IMG/VR virus record: IMGVR_UViG_3300049259_000177
Coordinates: 1 to 64,000 of that record
DNA: 64,000 bases
Strand: one strand, 5' to 3'
Source: a virus
The position numbers were made by a program, and so were the translations under genes. This document shows, in pieces, positions 8,916-18,256 of this stretch (position 1 is its first letter; every line of letters starts with the position of its first letter). The notes below the pieces were generated by a model that ran no database searches, was not told where the DNA came from, and saw nothing but the letters and a program-made list of their open reading frames with translations.

Positions 8916-9163
8916 CCCTTCCAGCCGTCGGCGGCGCCCTTATCTAGCGCTTCCTGGGGCGTGAGGCCCTGCCGCGTGAGCCAGCCACCTTCGCCTTTGC
9001 TGCGCATGACGATGGCCCTCACGCCGACAGCGCGCGCAACGCGGACGGCCTCGATGGTGACGTCGTCGCTGGTCGTGATGTCCGGCGTCGGGATGACAAG
9101 CCCGGGGATCGCTGTCTCGGTAGCGTGACTCAGCAGGATCGCGTACTCGTAGCGGGTGGTCAT
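8900..9163 (-). CDS. hypothetical protein
   Basis: MTTRYEY start with ATGA overlap. Confidence 0.65.
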   Translation of the reverse strand: MTTRYEYAILLSHATETAIPGLVIPTPDITTSDDVTIEAVRVARAVGVRAIVMRSKGEGGWLTRQGLTPQEALDKGAADGWKGWPSS

Positions 9164-9474
9164 CGGCGTGCCTTCCGCCACAGCCAGCGCAGCAGGGTGA
9201 ACAGCCCGGGGACTTCGGGCTTCGTCGGTATCGGCTCCCAGTCGGATGCCCTCTCGTTGCGCATCTCCCACCGCGACTTGTCGCAGGTCCGCTGCCGACT
9301 CTTTACGTGCTCTGCGGCAACGAGTAGCGCGGCACGGACCTTGTTGTCCGGCGTACCCACGGAGGCGCAGGTGAGCCAGCCGTGCATCTCGTGGAAGGCG
9401 TCAGCGTTGCCGTCCATGTACGCCTCACCAAGTGAGAGGTAGAACGGCTTGTCGTCAAGTTCGGCTGTCATCAT
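9160..9474 (-). CDS. hypothetical protein
   Basis: coupled ORF. Confidence 0.6.
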   Translation of the reverse strand: MMTAELDDKPFYLSLGEAYMDGNADAFHEMHGWLTCASVGTPDNKVRAALLVAAEHVKSRQRTCDKSRWEMRNERASDWEPIPTKPEVPGLFTLLRWLWRKARR

Positions 9475-9710
9475 GTGCGGGCTCCAAATCGGTCGCGCAG
9501 GAACGTGACCACGAGCGTCCACGTCTCCTCGCTGGCGGTGACGCGCTTACCACGGCGGCGGGACAGTTCGGCGAGGGCGCAGCGGCGCACCTCGTCACAG
9601 ACGGCGCCGTCTCGCAGGGTGACGTGGTGGTTTCCCGCGTTGACGATGATCTGCTCAAGGTCGGTCGCCTTCGCCTCGCGGGCGGCCTGGTCGGCCCAGC
9701 GGTTAGCCAT
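9471..9710 (-). CDS. hypothetical protein
   Basis: coupled ORF. Confidence 0.6.
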   Translation of the reverse strand: MANRWADQAAREAKATDLEQIIVNAGNHHVTLRDGAVCDEVRRCALAELSRRRGKRVTASEETWTLVVTFLRDRFGART

Positions 9711-9933
9711 TCGACGGTCCCACATTGAACTCGAACGAGAACGGCGCAGCCATGTCGCCAGGGAGTGGCTTCATGCGTGATCCGGGCGGCGCGCCGACGT
9801 CGCCCGTGTGGCTGTGGCCGACTGCGCGTGCGCCCTGCCGGTCCCGGCACTCGTCGCAGTAGCCGTCTTCCTGTGTGGCTCGGTTCGAGCAGGCGATGTG
9901 GCAGCGGCACAGCAGCCGCTCGTCGACGATCAC
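9703..9933 (-). CDS. small Cys-rich protein
   Basis: C-x3-C...C-x2-C. Confidence 0.55.
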   Translation of the reverse strand: MIVDERLLCRCHIACSNRATQEDGYCDECRDRQGARAVGHSHTGDVGAPPGSRMKPLPGDMAAPFSFEFNVGPSNG

Positions 9934-10118
9934 GGTGTGCTCGCGTCGCGGGCTGCGTCGTATGCGCGACCTCTTGTGCCGAGGGCACGTTCGACCGCCG
10001 ACCGTGCTTGGTCGTAGGAGAACTCGATCTCCTGCCACGCGGCGCGCTGTTTGATCGCCGCTTCGAGGGCGTCGAGTCGTCGCAGGATGACTGCGGTCTG
10101 ACCGTCCACGTCAGTCAC
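9930..10118 (-). CDS. hypothetical protein
   Basis: fits gene tiling. Confidence 0.55.
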   Translation of the reverse strand: MTDVDGQTAVILRRLDALEAAIKQRAAWQEIEFSYDQARSAVERALGTRGRAYDAARDASTP

Positions 10119-10422
10119 CCACCGAATAGGCGCGGACCTCGTAGACCTCGCGCTGCGTCTCATCCTCGACGCGCTCGTTCTCGACGGACACGACCGTCAG
10201 GTCGTCGAATGAGATCTCGTCTTCCTGCAAGGCTTCCCGGGCCTCGTCCATGAACTCGGCAGCGCCGAGGGTGTCGAGCGCATCCTCGGCGGTCAGCACT
10301 TCGCCATGCTCGGCGTGCAGAACGCCGCTTGCGCAGCGCATTGCCCACGCCTTCCGTGGCTGCCAATCCGGGTCCACGTTGTCAAACGTCGACCCCCAGG
10401 CTCCGTCCGGCATGTTGCTCAT
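10111..10422 (-). CDS. acidic hypothetical protein
   Basis: MSNMPDGAW start. Confidence 0.65.
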   Translation of the reverse strand: MSNMPDGAWGSTFDNVDPDWQPRKAWAMRCASGVLHAEHGEVLTAEDALDTLGAAEFMDEAREALQEDEISFDDLTVVSVENERVEDETQREVYEVRAYSVGD

Positions 10423-10510
10423 CGGCGGCTCATGCAGCGCATATCGGCTGCCATTTCGGCCAGCGTGATTCGCTCGACGGCCACACTGCTCTGGGCATCT
10501 CCGGTTGCCG

Positions 10511-10894
10511 TCATGACTCCCTCCCGTGGGCCTGCTCGTGCAGTCGGTCCAGGTCCCACGGTCCAGTCTGGCGACCGTCGACGGTGACCCAGGTGAAGCC
10601 GTACTTGCGGACGACCTCGGCGTGAATGTCATGGTGGGCTATCAGGTGCCAGGCGAGGCGGGGTGTGAACCGGTCGAACGCCTGCCGCGTGGCGCGGGCG
10701 TTGTTGGTGATGCGCTGGTCTGAGCCGAGCGCACGGAGGACCGACTTGCGCAGCCGCTCGATCTCGCGCTCGGCGAACTTCACGCGCACGTCGGCGCCGG
10801 GCATGTCGGGGATCTCGCGGGCGGTCTGCTCGCGGAACCATGCCGTGTCCTTGCCCCGTGTCGGACCGGAGCGGCGGGCGCGGGCGGTTCTCAC
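10511..10894 (-). CDS. hypothetical protein
   Basis: coupled ORF. Confidence 0.7.
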   Translation of the reverse strand: MRTARARRSGPTRGKDTAWFREQTAREIPDMPGADVRVKFAEREIERLRKSVLRALGSDQRITNNARATRQAFDRFTPRLAWHLIAHHDIHAEVVRKYGFTWVTVDGRQTGPWDLDRLHEQAHGRES

Positions 10895-11175
10895 TCCGCA
10901 CCGCCGATCAGCAGGGCCCGGATAGCGGCCTCGCCGCGCGCGGACAGGCCGTCATCGGCAGTTCTGCCCGTACCGACGAGGTCTCCGATACGGGAGCCGT
11001 CCTGGTTGACGACGATCGACGCGAACACGGCGCGCGGGGCATTCGCAGACAGTCTCCCCGCTTGGCCTTCGACGATGACCTCGTATCGGCCGCGCCAGCC
11101 GGACTTCCAGGCGCGGTAGCCAGCGGCGCGCAGGTCGGCGATCAGTTGTCCGACGGGCGTGAGTGCGGTGGTCAT
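10891..11175 (-). CDS. hypothetical protein, first gene of box-A operon 3
   Basis: ATG 11175 after AGGAGG. Confidence 0.75.
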   Translation of the reverse strand: MTTALTPVGQLIADLRAAGYRAWKSGWRGRYEVIVEGQAGRLSANAPRAVFASIVVNQDGSRIGDLVGTGRTADDGLSARGEAAIRALLIGGAE

Positions 11176-11246
11176 CCTGTCCTCCTGTGGTGGCCGGTCG
11201 CTCTCCGGTCCCACGTAGCGTATACCCGCTTAGCGTCGGCGTGCAA
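11176..11246 (-). promoter_or_regulatory. box-A promoter cassette 3 with hairpin B
   Basis: TTGCAC-N18-TACGCT; hairpin ccgg-AGAGCGA-ccgg at 11194-11208. Confidence 0.85.
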
Positions 11247-11318
11247 GCCGAACGCCCGGGTTGCCGATATCCGCGCCCCGGCGGGTCCGCAATCAGCAGA
11301 TCTGAACGCGCGGGTAGG

Positions 11319-11528
11319 TCACCGGTTCTGCTGCCGCGACTTGCGCGCCGCCTTGTTCGCGGCGCGGCGCTTCTCGATGCTGCGCATCTGCTGGACGGTT
11401 CGTGACAGCGCCTCGATCGTCTCCCGATCACCGATGACCTCGACGACGTCGGAGGGCTTCTCGTGCGGCTTGAGGTCTGCCAGGGCTTCCGCCATCGTCG
11501 GGTAGACCTGACCGGTGTTGATGTTCAT
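11319..11528 (-). CDS. hypothetical basic protein
   Basis: MNINTG start with TGATG overlap. Confidence 0.65.
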   Translation of the reverse strand: MNINTGQVYPTMAEALADLKPHEKPSDVVEVIGDRETIEALSRTVQQMRSIEKRRAANKAARKSRQQNR

Positions 11529-11830
11529 CACTTCTCCGTCTCTTTGTAGCCGCGCCACTCGCGGACCTCGTTGGGCTTCATCGGTTGGCCGGGCTTCATC
11601 GCGACGGCCAACTCGTCGGGCAGCACGCCTTCGGCGTACAACTGCCGAGTGATCGCGCCCTCGTCGGAGCCGGTGATGATGTAGACGACGGTGCCCGCGA
11701 GCGCCGGGTCGAGGTCGCCGAGATCCACCCGGATCGGGTCGCCCGCGCGCATCCGCTCGATGTTGTGGTCGGTGATGCCGAGCAAGATGCCGGTCTTGCC
11801 GGACTTCATCGTCATCCGCGCCTTGATCAT
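11528..11830 (-). CDS. hypothetical protein
   Basis: coupled ORF. Confidence 0.75.
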   Translation of the reverse strand: MIKARMTMKSGKTGILLGITDHNIERMRAGDPIRVDLGDLDPALAGTVVYIITGSDEGAITRQLYAEGVLPDELAVAMKPGQPMKPNEVREWRGYKETEK

Positions 11831-12456
11831 GGCACCACGTACTCGGCTGGCAGAAGATCGTCGATGCGGCCGACGATCTCGGCGGCTTCGGCGACGAGCC
11901 CGGCGACCGCCGACGGGACCTCGTGCGGCTCATCCGATACATCAGCGAGTTCGGGTCGCTGTAGCCGGACGCTCTCGTACAGGACGAAGTGGCGGCGCTG
12001 GGTGACGAGCAGGGCACCGCGCGACTGCGGCAACGGCGCATAGCGTGCCTCGCATTCGCCGGGCTCGTCGACGTTCTCGGCGGCGCAGCAGTTCGGGCGC
12101 TGGCAGTGCCGCCACCGCGACGTCGTGCCGTTGTCGTGCCGGTCCGACGTGCCGCCGCACATGCACGTGCGCCACTCGCCCCAGTCGTGCCCCTGGGCCG
12201 TGCAGAACCGCGTGGCGGTGCATGTCTTGCACAGCAGGATCTCGGCGCCGTCGGGTTCGGTGAGGGTCCAGCCCCAGTTGTCTTCGTTCGCGTCCTCATC
12301 GGTGTCGCCGTCGCCGGTCGGCGGCAGCCCGATCAGGTACATCAGCGCTTCGGTGCGGTCCTTGAAGTGCGGCATGCCGTCGAAATCGCCGTCCTGCCAG
12401 CCGTCGCCGCAGTCGTCGCACTTCGCGGTACAGCAGGCCACCTCGGTGATTGGCAC
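11827..12456 (-). CDS. Cys-rich (zinc-binding) hypothetical protein
   Basis: multiple CxxC and GHDW motifs. Confidence 0.7.
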   Translation of the reverse strand: MPITEVACCTAKCDDCGDGWQDGDFDGMPHFKDRTEALMYLIGLPPTGDGDTDEDANEDNWGWTLTEPDGAEILLCKTCTATRFCTAQGHDWGEWRTCMCGGTSDRHDNGTTSRWRHCQRPNCCAAENVDEPGECEARYAPLPQSRGALLVTQRRHFVLYESVRLQRPELADVSDEPHEVPSAVAGLVAEAAEIVGRIDDLLPAEYVVP

Positions 12457-12484
12457 TACTCGGCCCTCCTTGACTGTCTGGTCT

Positions 12485-12724
12485 TCATCGGTGACCCCCG
12501 ATCACGATGCGCGGCTTGAGTGGCGGCCGGATGGCGTCGCGGATCTGTCCGCGCAATGTTGGCGGGACGTCGAGCATGCCCAGTCGGATGAGACTGCTGC
12601 TCGCGTCGAAGGCCATCCACTGACCGGTCAGCGGCATGTAGTCGATACGGGTGACGACCCGCTGGCACCACACGAAGAACTCGCTCGGTTCGAGCACCGC
12701 GACGACGCGCGCCTGAACCTTCAC
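12485..12724 (-). CDS. hypothetical protein
   Basis: GTGA overlap start. Confidence 0.55.
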   Translation of the reverse strand: MKVQARVVAVLEPSEFFVWCQRVVTRIDYMPLTGQWMAFDASSSLIRLGMLDVPPTLRGQIRDAIRPPLKPRIVIGGHR

Positions 12725-12879
12725 GAGTCGTCGCGGTGATGGCTCACGACCTCGGCGATCGAGGAACAGAGGACGAACCCGAAGCCGGTGCCGACAATCA
12801 CGGCGCCGCCGAGTGTGTGGCCGACGAGCATCCCGACGGACATGACGCCGATGCCGAGCAGTATTCCGATCGTGGTCAT
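12721..12879 (-). CDS. small two-TM membrane protein
   Basis: MTTIGILLGIGVMSVG... hydrophobic. Confidence 0.6.
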   Translation of the reverse strand: MTTIGILLGIGVMSVGMLVGHTLGGAVIVGTGFGFVLCSSIAEVVSHHRDDS

Positions 12880-13033
12880 CGGCGGTCCCAGGGCAGCGGT
12901 CGGAAGCGGTGCAGGGCGGCGCGCTCGTTGAGTCGAGTGACCGCCTCGTCGCATTCGCGCGCGGCTTTCGCAACAACAGGGTCCTCTTCCTCCAACCGGC
13001 GCAGCGACTCGGTGAGCGTCACCCACTCGCCGG

Positions 13034-13332
13034 TCACGGGAACCTCGCGACGAGGTCGGACATGAGCGGGGAACGGAACACGTGCCAGGCGCCGTCGCCG
13101 CCCGCACAGACGGCCGAGCCGGCGAACACCCAGCCGGACGGGCCGTTGATCGGCTGGCCGGTGCCGAACAGACGCAGGCGCATCTTCTCCCCGGGCACCG
13201 GCATGCGGTGCTCGATCCAGACGGTCGGCGCCACGTCGTCCGGCCGCTGCGCGGCGACGAGGCGCACCGTGCCGACCGCACGTCGATCTCGGCTTCCACG
13301 CCGAACGCGTACTTGTAGATGATCGTCGTCAT
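13034..13332 (-). pseudogene. conserved phage small protein split by a 1-bp frameshift near 13278
   Basis: MTTIIYKY...EIDV in one frame continues as VGTVRLV..Q..VW..GTG..WHVF in another. Confidence 0.65.
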
Positions 13333-13334
13333 CG

Positions 13335-13604
13335 TCACAGCCCGAACAGGTTGCGGATGAAGTCGCCGTCGTCGGGCGGGACGAACAAGAACGCGCTCGG
13401 GTCGTGCGCCCACGTGCTCTTGCGGCGCTCGCCGGAGTAGTCGACGAGGTTCGCGGTCAGGTTCTCCGGGTCGTGATCCGGGCAGGGCGACTCGTCGACG
13501 TGATGCGGGCACAGGTCAAGCCACACGCCGTCGCTGTCGCGTAGCACCGTCATCGGCGCGCTGCACAGCACGACGTGCTCCTCGGCCTTGACGAGCGCGG
13601 TCAC
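13335..13604 (-). CDS. hypothetical protein
   Basis: GTGA overlap start. Confidence 0.6.
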   Translation of the reverse strand: MTALVKAEEHVVLCSAPMTVLRDSDGVWLDLCPHHVDESPCPDHDPENLTANLVDYSGERRKSTWAHDPSAFLFVPPDDGDFIRNLFGL

Positions 13605-13912
13605 GACTGCGTCACCGGCCCCATGATGACGACCGGGAACTTGAGGTGCTCCATATCGTCGGGCTCCATTCCACTGCACTCATCGCAGCGGTACGGTCCG
13701 TCTCTGGCGACCTCGCCTTGCCACGGACTGTCGAAGAACACGTCCTCGTGCTCGGCGTACGGACCGGTCAGGGTGATGAGGAACGGTTGGCCGCCGTTAT
13801 CGACGCCGACCGCGACCGGGTGTACGCCGGACTCGTTGAGCCCGTCAAGATGTGCGCGCAACGCATCCTCGTCTTCGAGGATCATCCGGTGCGGCAGGAC
13901 GACGTCAGGCAT
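13601..13912 (-). CDS. hypothetical protein
   Basis: MPDVVLP start. Confidence 0.65.
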   Translation of the reverse strand: MPDVVLPHRMILEDEDALRAHLDGLNESGVHPVAVGVDNGGQPFLITLTGPYAEHEDVFFDSPWQGEVARDGPYRCDECSGMEPDDMEHLKFPVVIMGPVTQS

Positions 13913-14591
13913 CCCAGCCCCACGACGTGCTGCCGTCGAACTTGTCCGGCCCGGCCTGCTGGTCGATGTAGACCATGTGCGTCGCGAACCGCGCGAACGC
14001 GATGCCGAGCAACGCACCGACGATGCCGAAGAACACCCGCTGCCATACCGCGTAGGTGTGGTCGGCGTAGACCGCGATGCCGACATGGACGAGCGCGAGC
14101 CCGGCGAGTAACAGCGCGGTAAGCGCGTCGATCATCATGCCCCAGTGCGAGTAGCGCGGCGAGCGGAAACGCGGGCGCTGCAAGGCGGTGATCCACTCGA
14201 CGCGGTTGCCCTGCTCGTCGTAGCCGAGGTGCATGTGGTCGTCGACGAGTTTGCCGAACTCGTCGCGCTGGATCCCGTGCAGGCAGCGCACACCTTCGAG
14301 GGTGCGCGGGCAATCGTAGGCACCCTTCGATGCGCCGACCGGTTCGAGCAGCGCACGCAGCCGTTTCGGCACGGTCGACGAGGCGGGCGGGAGCGGCGGG
14401 GTGTCCTCGACGGGCATGGGTCCAGTGTCCGCGTAGTCGGCCTGTTCGTGGAGCATCACGGCCAGTTCGCGCGCCGCGTCCGGGGAAAGCACCACGGCGC
14501 CGGGTCGGTTGCCGGTGAGGGTGAGCGACACGCACGCGTTGCCGTGGGCAACGCTGGCCCGGCCGCCGAACAGCGCGTCGACGTCTAGCAC
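13905..14591 (-). CDS. hypothetical protein with C-terminal two-TM segment (may be two genes; internal ATG at 14138)
   Basis: single open frame from GTG 14591. Confidence 0.55.
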   Translation of the reverse strand: MLDVDALFGGRASVAHGNACVSLTLTGNRPGAVVLSPDAARELAVMLHEQADYADTGPMPVEDTPPLPPASSTVPKRLRALLEPVGASKGAYDCPRTLEGVRCLHGIQRDEFGKLVDDHMHLGYDEQGNRVEWITALQRPRFRSPRYSHWGMMIDALTALLLAGLALVHVGIAVYADHTYAVWQRVFFGIVGALLGIAFARFATHMVYIDQQAGPDKFDGSTSWGWDA

Positions 14592-15133
14592 GCCGCCCGC
14601 TCGGCCTCGGTGAGCGACGCCCAGCACTTGCCCTTGACACCGCCGACCGGCGTGCCGGGTTCGAGCGGCGCGGCCATCCGGCGCACGTGCAGCGCCTTCG
14701 CGCGCTTGACGGCTCCGTCGGCGGTGAGCGCCCGGCGCGCGTTGCACGAGCAGCCGGGCACTGCCATCTCCGCCTGCCACGGCCGGTGCGGGCGACGGAT
14801 AAGCCTTACGCGGCGCCATAAGGCTTGCCGGTAAGCCTTACGGGACGAGCGGACCGTGACCGGATGGATCGTGTCGACGGTCACTCGGCCGGTAAGCGCC
14901 CGCCACAGCAGTTCCCGCGTCGGCCACCACTTGTGGGTCCACCACCCGATCCGGTAGGCGGTGGTCGGCGGGTTCAGTGAGCCCCGTTCGACGCCGAGCA
15001 CCACGAGGCCGTCGTCGCGTCGGCGTTGCAGGGTGTTCTCGATCGCGACGCGCTGGCCGAGGTTCCTCGGCTCCATCTCCTCGACGTAGCGCTGAATGTC
15101 CGGGTCGATCCGGCCGTGCGTCGGGTCCCTCAA
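14585..15133 (-). CDS. hypothetical basic protein
   Basis: TTGA overlap start. Confidence 0.6.
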   Translation of the reverse strand: MRDPTHGRIDPDIQRYVEEMEPRNLGQRVAIENTLQRRRDDGLVVLGVERGSLNPPTTAYRIGWWTHKWWPTRELLWRALTGRVTVDTIHPVTVRSSRKAYRQALWRRVRLIRRPHRPWQAEMAVPGCSCNARRALTADGAVKRAKALHVRRMAAPLEPGTPVGGVKGKCWASLTEAERAAC

Positions 15134-15366
15134 TCGACGGCCCTCCCACCCTGGCCGGGCCTGCCGCGCGCCACGCCGGAGCCGGAAGCCGCCGCCCGCT
15201 CGCGGGCCCGACGTCTTGCGTCCTGCCAGTCGGTGTAGCCGTCGTAGAGCCGTTCCTTCTCCCACGCCCGGCGCCGGTAGTCGGCGTTGCGCAGCGGTGC
15301 GAGCAGGCACACCCACAGCGCGCCGTTCGCGCCGCACAGCAGACCGGCGATCGCGGCGGCGGTCAT
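15130..15366 (-). CDS. small membrane protein
   Basis: N-terminal TM segment. Confidence 0.6.
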   Translation of the reverse strand: MTAAAIAGLLCGANGALWVCLLAPLRNADYRRRAWEKERLYDGYTDWQDARRRARERAAASGSGVARGRPGQGGRAVD

Positions 15367-15683
15367 GCCGTCTGCTCGCGGGCCTTCGCCGTAACCTCGT
15401 CGTCGTGCCACGGGTCCAGGCAGAGGTTGACCTCGCCGCCGTCGGCTTGCATGGCCGGATGCAGGTTCGGCGCCTTCGAGTCGCAGCGTGGACAGCGCGG
15501 CGGTTTCGACAGGAGCCCGGCGAGCGGCACGTCCGGTAGGGAGCCGACCCGGTAGATCGTCGCGGGCATGTCGGTCGACTCGTTGCCGTAGTGGTCGACG
15601 GCGACGACGCGGCACGAGTCGGAGGCACGCAGCACGTCAGCGTCGTCTTCCTCCATCCGCAGGAGCACGGTGACCTCAGCCAT
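15363..15683 (-). CDS. hypothetical protein with CPRC...C...H motif
   Basis: coupled ORF. Confidence 0.65.
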   Translation of the reverse strand: MAEVTVLLRMEEDDADVLRASDSCRVVAVDHYGNESTDMPATIYRVGSLPDVPLAGLLSKPPRCPRCDSKAPNLHPAMQADGGEVNLCLDPWHDDEVTAKAREQTA

Positions 15684-16842
15684 CGGAGCGCTCCCCGACA
15701 CCGAGCCCGTGCGTGTCGACGAGTTCGACCTTGACCTCGCCGTGCTCGATCTCAGGATGCTCGGCGTTGAGGTGTTCGTGCAGGGCGGCGCCGAGTTCCC
15801 GGCTGGCCGGAGCGGCGATGCGCCGCTCCGGGTGGTGGCCGACCTCGACAACGAACGACTCGCCGCAGGTCGGGCAGGAAGTGACGACCGCGAGATCGAG
15901 CGGACCGTCGGCGAACTCGACCGGCTCGACCGGTGGTGGCGGCGGGACGCGCTGCCAGCCCGCTTCGCGCATCTCTTGCTCGTCGAGGGTCTCGATCGTG
16001 ATGCCCAGGTTGTCGGGCAGCGCGAGCATCAGCGCCGCACCGGCTTCGGCGCGCAGCAGGTTGCCGAGACCGTCGAACTCCGAGGCGTCGACGGCGGCGG
16101 CTTCGCTGATGTGCAGCACGACGACCCGGCCCTGCATGTCGAGGGAACCGAGGACCTGGCGCGCGGTCTCGGTCATCAGCGCCCGCCAGTTGTCCGGCAG
16201 AGCCTCCCACAACGTCTGCGTCTCTTCCGGCACGCGCAGGTCGAAATCGGGCGCGAGGCGCTGGTAGGTGTCGTGGAACAGCCGCGCGACGGTAACGGCG
16301 GCGCGGTCCACCCGGGTCGGCTCGACGATGCGCAGCCCGTCGTCGAGGATGGCGTCGACCGCGAGGCGCGCGACGTGGGCGGCATACGTCGCGCACTTGC
16401 CGACGTGCCCGCACTCATCCGGAGCCGGGTGCCCGCCGACGACAGGCCCGAGCGCGGTCGCGACGGTCTTCCAGGCGATCCAGCGCGGCTGCTGCGACTG
16501 GCGCGGGTCGGCGGGCACCCATTCGCGCTCCGGCTCGCCTTCGGTTTGCTCGCGGATGATCGCGGGCTCACGGAACGCGGCGGTCGCATGGTCGGTGTCG
16601 ATGAGGTACTCGACGGCGACGATCTGTTCGCGGACCTGCGGCGGCCAGGTCTGCGGTGGCTCACCTTCGGCGATGGCGAAGCCGTGCGAGTTCGCCCACG
16701 TGCGCGGGTCGACCCACTTGCCGTCGGCGGCCTTGATCGCGAGCGCGTTGAGCGCCCGCACGCCAGGGGTGACGTCGAAGGTGGTGCCGTCGAGCGGGCC
16801 GCCTTCGCACGTGACCGTGACAGTGTCCGTCGTCTCCGTCAT
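15676..16842 (-). CDS. multidomain hypothetical protein (probably leaderless)
   Basis: GGPLDG motif, C-terminal CPTC...H..H; ATG 7 nt after a -10 element. Confidence 0.75.
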   Translation of the reverse strand: MTETTDTVTVTCEGGPLDGTTFDVTPGVRALNALAIKAADGKWVDPRTWANSHGFAIAEGEPPQTWPPQVREQIVAVEYLIDTDHATAAFREPAIIREQTEGEPEREWVPADPRQSQQPRWIAWKTVATALGPVVGGHPAPDECGHVGKCATYAAHVARLAVDAILDDGLRIVEPTRVDRAAVTVARLFHDTYQRLAPDFDLRVPEETQTLWEALPDNWRALMTETARQVLGSLDMQGRVVVLHISEAAAVDASEFDGLGNLLRAEAGAALMLALPDNLGITIETLDEQEMREAGWQRVPPPPPVEPVEFADGPLDLAVVTSCPTCGESFVVEVGHHPERRIAAPASRELGAALHEHLNAEHPEIEHGEVKVELVDTHGLGVGERSDG

Positions 16843-16849
16843 GGCGAGC

Positions 16850-16884
16850 AGACTAGAGCCCACGGAGCCGCTAGTGGCGCGTCA
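16850..16884 (-). promoter_or_regulatory. class-C promoter
   Basis: TGACGCG-N22-TAGTCT-N7-ATG. Confidence 0.7.
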
Positions 16885-17602
16885 CTCCGCGACGTCGGTT
16901 GATCGTCGGCTGCGGGCTCGACGGGTCGATTCCCCGCTGCTTGCACTCCTGCTCCCAGGTGCGCAACAAGGCCGCGTACCGGCGTGCGTGGACGAACACG
17001 CGGGTCATCGGTGGACGGCGCCCGTTCTCGATCTTGCTCAGTGCGGTGTGGCCGATGCCGAGATGCTGCTCGACAGCGGTGGTGGTGATGCGCAGGGCTC
17101 GGCGCATGTTCTTCGCCTTACCGGAGGAGACCATCTCGGCGACGTAGCAGCGGTCATCCTCGGTCTCGCGACGGTACTGCTCGGCCTTCTCTCGCATCGC
17201 AGCGCGGGCGGCACGGCGTGCGACTATCGCCCGGCCGGTGTCACTCGCCAGGTAGCGGGCTCGGCGCCGCGCCGACTGGTCGGCGCGGCGCTGCGTGCAG
17301 CCGGGGCAGTCGGGGTCTGTCGTCACCCCGGGATGCAGGCGGTGTCGGTAGCGCCACAGACGGTTGTGCCCGGGCCACCAGTCCTCGTGGCCGTAGAGGC
17401 GGCGCAACGTCGACGGTGACGTGGTGAGCCTCCGCGCGGCCTCGACGACGCCGTACTCGCGGACGAGGCGGCGAACTTCGGTCCTGCTGATCTGGACACC
17501 GCCGCCGGTGCACCATGTGGTGCTGTGCGGGCGGTGGTGCGGGCGGAGCGCGCCGGTCGCGAAGGTGCCGACCTCGCGGTGACAAGTCGGACACGAACGC
17601 AT
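16871..17602 (-). CDS. zinc-ribbon plus XRE-type HTH regulator
   Basis: N-terminal CPTC..H..C; C-terminal LRITTTAVEQHLGIGHTALSKIENGRR. Confidence 0.75.
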   Translation of the reverse strand: MRSCPTCHREVGTFATGALRPHHRPHSTTWCTGGGVQISRTEVRRLVREYGVVEAARRLTTSPSTLRRLYGHEDWWPGHNRLWRYRHRLHPGVTTDPDCPGCTQRRADQSARRRARYLASDTGRAIVARRAARAAMREKAEQYRRETEDDRCYVAEMVSSGKAKNMRRALRITTTAVEQHLGIGHTALSKIENGRRPPMTRVFVHARRYAALLRTWEQECKQRGIDPSSPQPTINRRRGVTRH

Positions 17603-17608
17603 GCCGAG

Positions 17609-17654
17609 ACGTTACGCCGTGACGCGCCTTCGGTGCCGCGTCATGTGGGACGGT
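17609..17654. promoter_or_regulatory. overlapping divergent class-C promoter pair
   Basis: inverted TGACGCG/CGCGTCA, each N22 from a -10 (TAACGT, GACGGT) lying 6 nt before an ATG. Confidence 0.75.
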
Positions 17655-17660
17655 GACGTC

Positions 17661-18044
17661 ATGTGCACAGCAACAACCACCGTCAGCCCATACACCGGGC
17701 ACGGCCATCTCGTCTCCGGGCTCAGCGACAAAGGCTGGGACAAGCCGGACGCCGTCGCCCGGTGCGGCGGGGTCGGGATCTGCCCCTCGTGCTCGACGGA
17801 TGCCGCGCGCATCAAGATGGCGACCCGGGAGAGCCCCGAGCCGGGCCAGCCGCATTCGATCGACTCGGACCCGGAGTTCTACTCCGGGCTCACCATGTGG
17901 GGGACAGCGGTCTCTGCGCAGGTCAGCGACACGACGGTCGTCCTGCATCCGACGAACAGCCTCCTCGACGTCGAGATGCCACACACCGACGCCCGACGCT
18001 TGCGCGACCTGCTCAACGTCGCGACCGCACGCGGGTACCTGTAG
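17661..18044 (+). CDS. hypothetical protein
   Basis: GHGH...ARCGG..IC..C motif; leaderless start. Confidence 0.7.
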   Translation: MCTATTTVSPYTGHGHLVSGLSDKGWDKPDAVARCGGVGICPSCSTDAARIKMATRESPEPGQPHSIDSDPEFYSGLTMWGTAVSAQVSDTTVVLHPTNSLLDVEMPHTDARRLRDLLNVATARGYL

Positions 18045-18046
18045 CC

Positions 18047-18256
18047 GTGGAGGTCCCCTACACCGGCACCCGGATCGACCCGCAGGACGGCGGCTTGGTC
18101 CACGTCTACGCCGATCCGGAGACAGGTGTGGTCGTGCTGGACGTGAACGACGCCTCCGGCGACGCCACGACGGTCCGGCTCGCGCCGGAAGAGGCGGCGA
18201 TCCTCGCGGTGAACCTGCTGCGTGACCGCTCGATGCTCGTAAACGGTTCGGGATGA
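18047..18256 (+). CDS. hypothetical protein
   Basis: fits gene tiling. Confidence 0.6.
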   Translation: MEVPYTGTRIDPQDGGLVHVYADPETGVVVLDVNDASGDATTVRLAPEEAAILAVNLLRDRSMLVNGSG

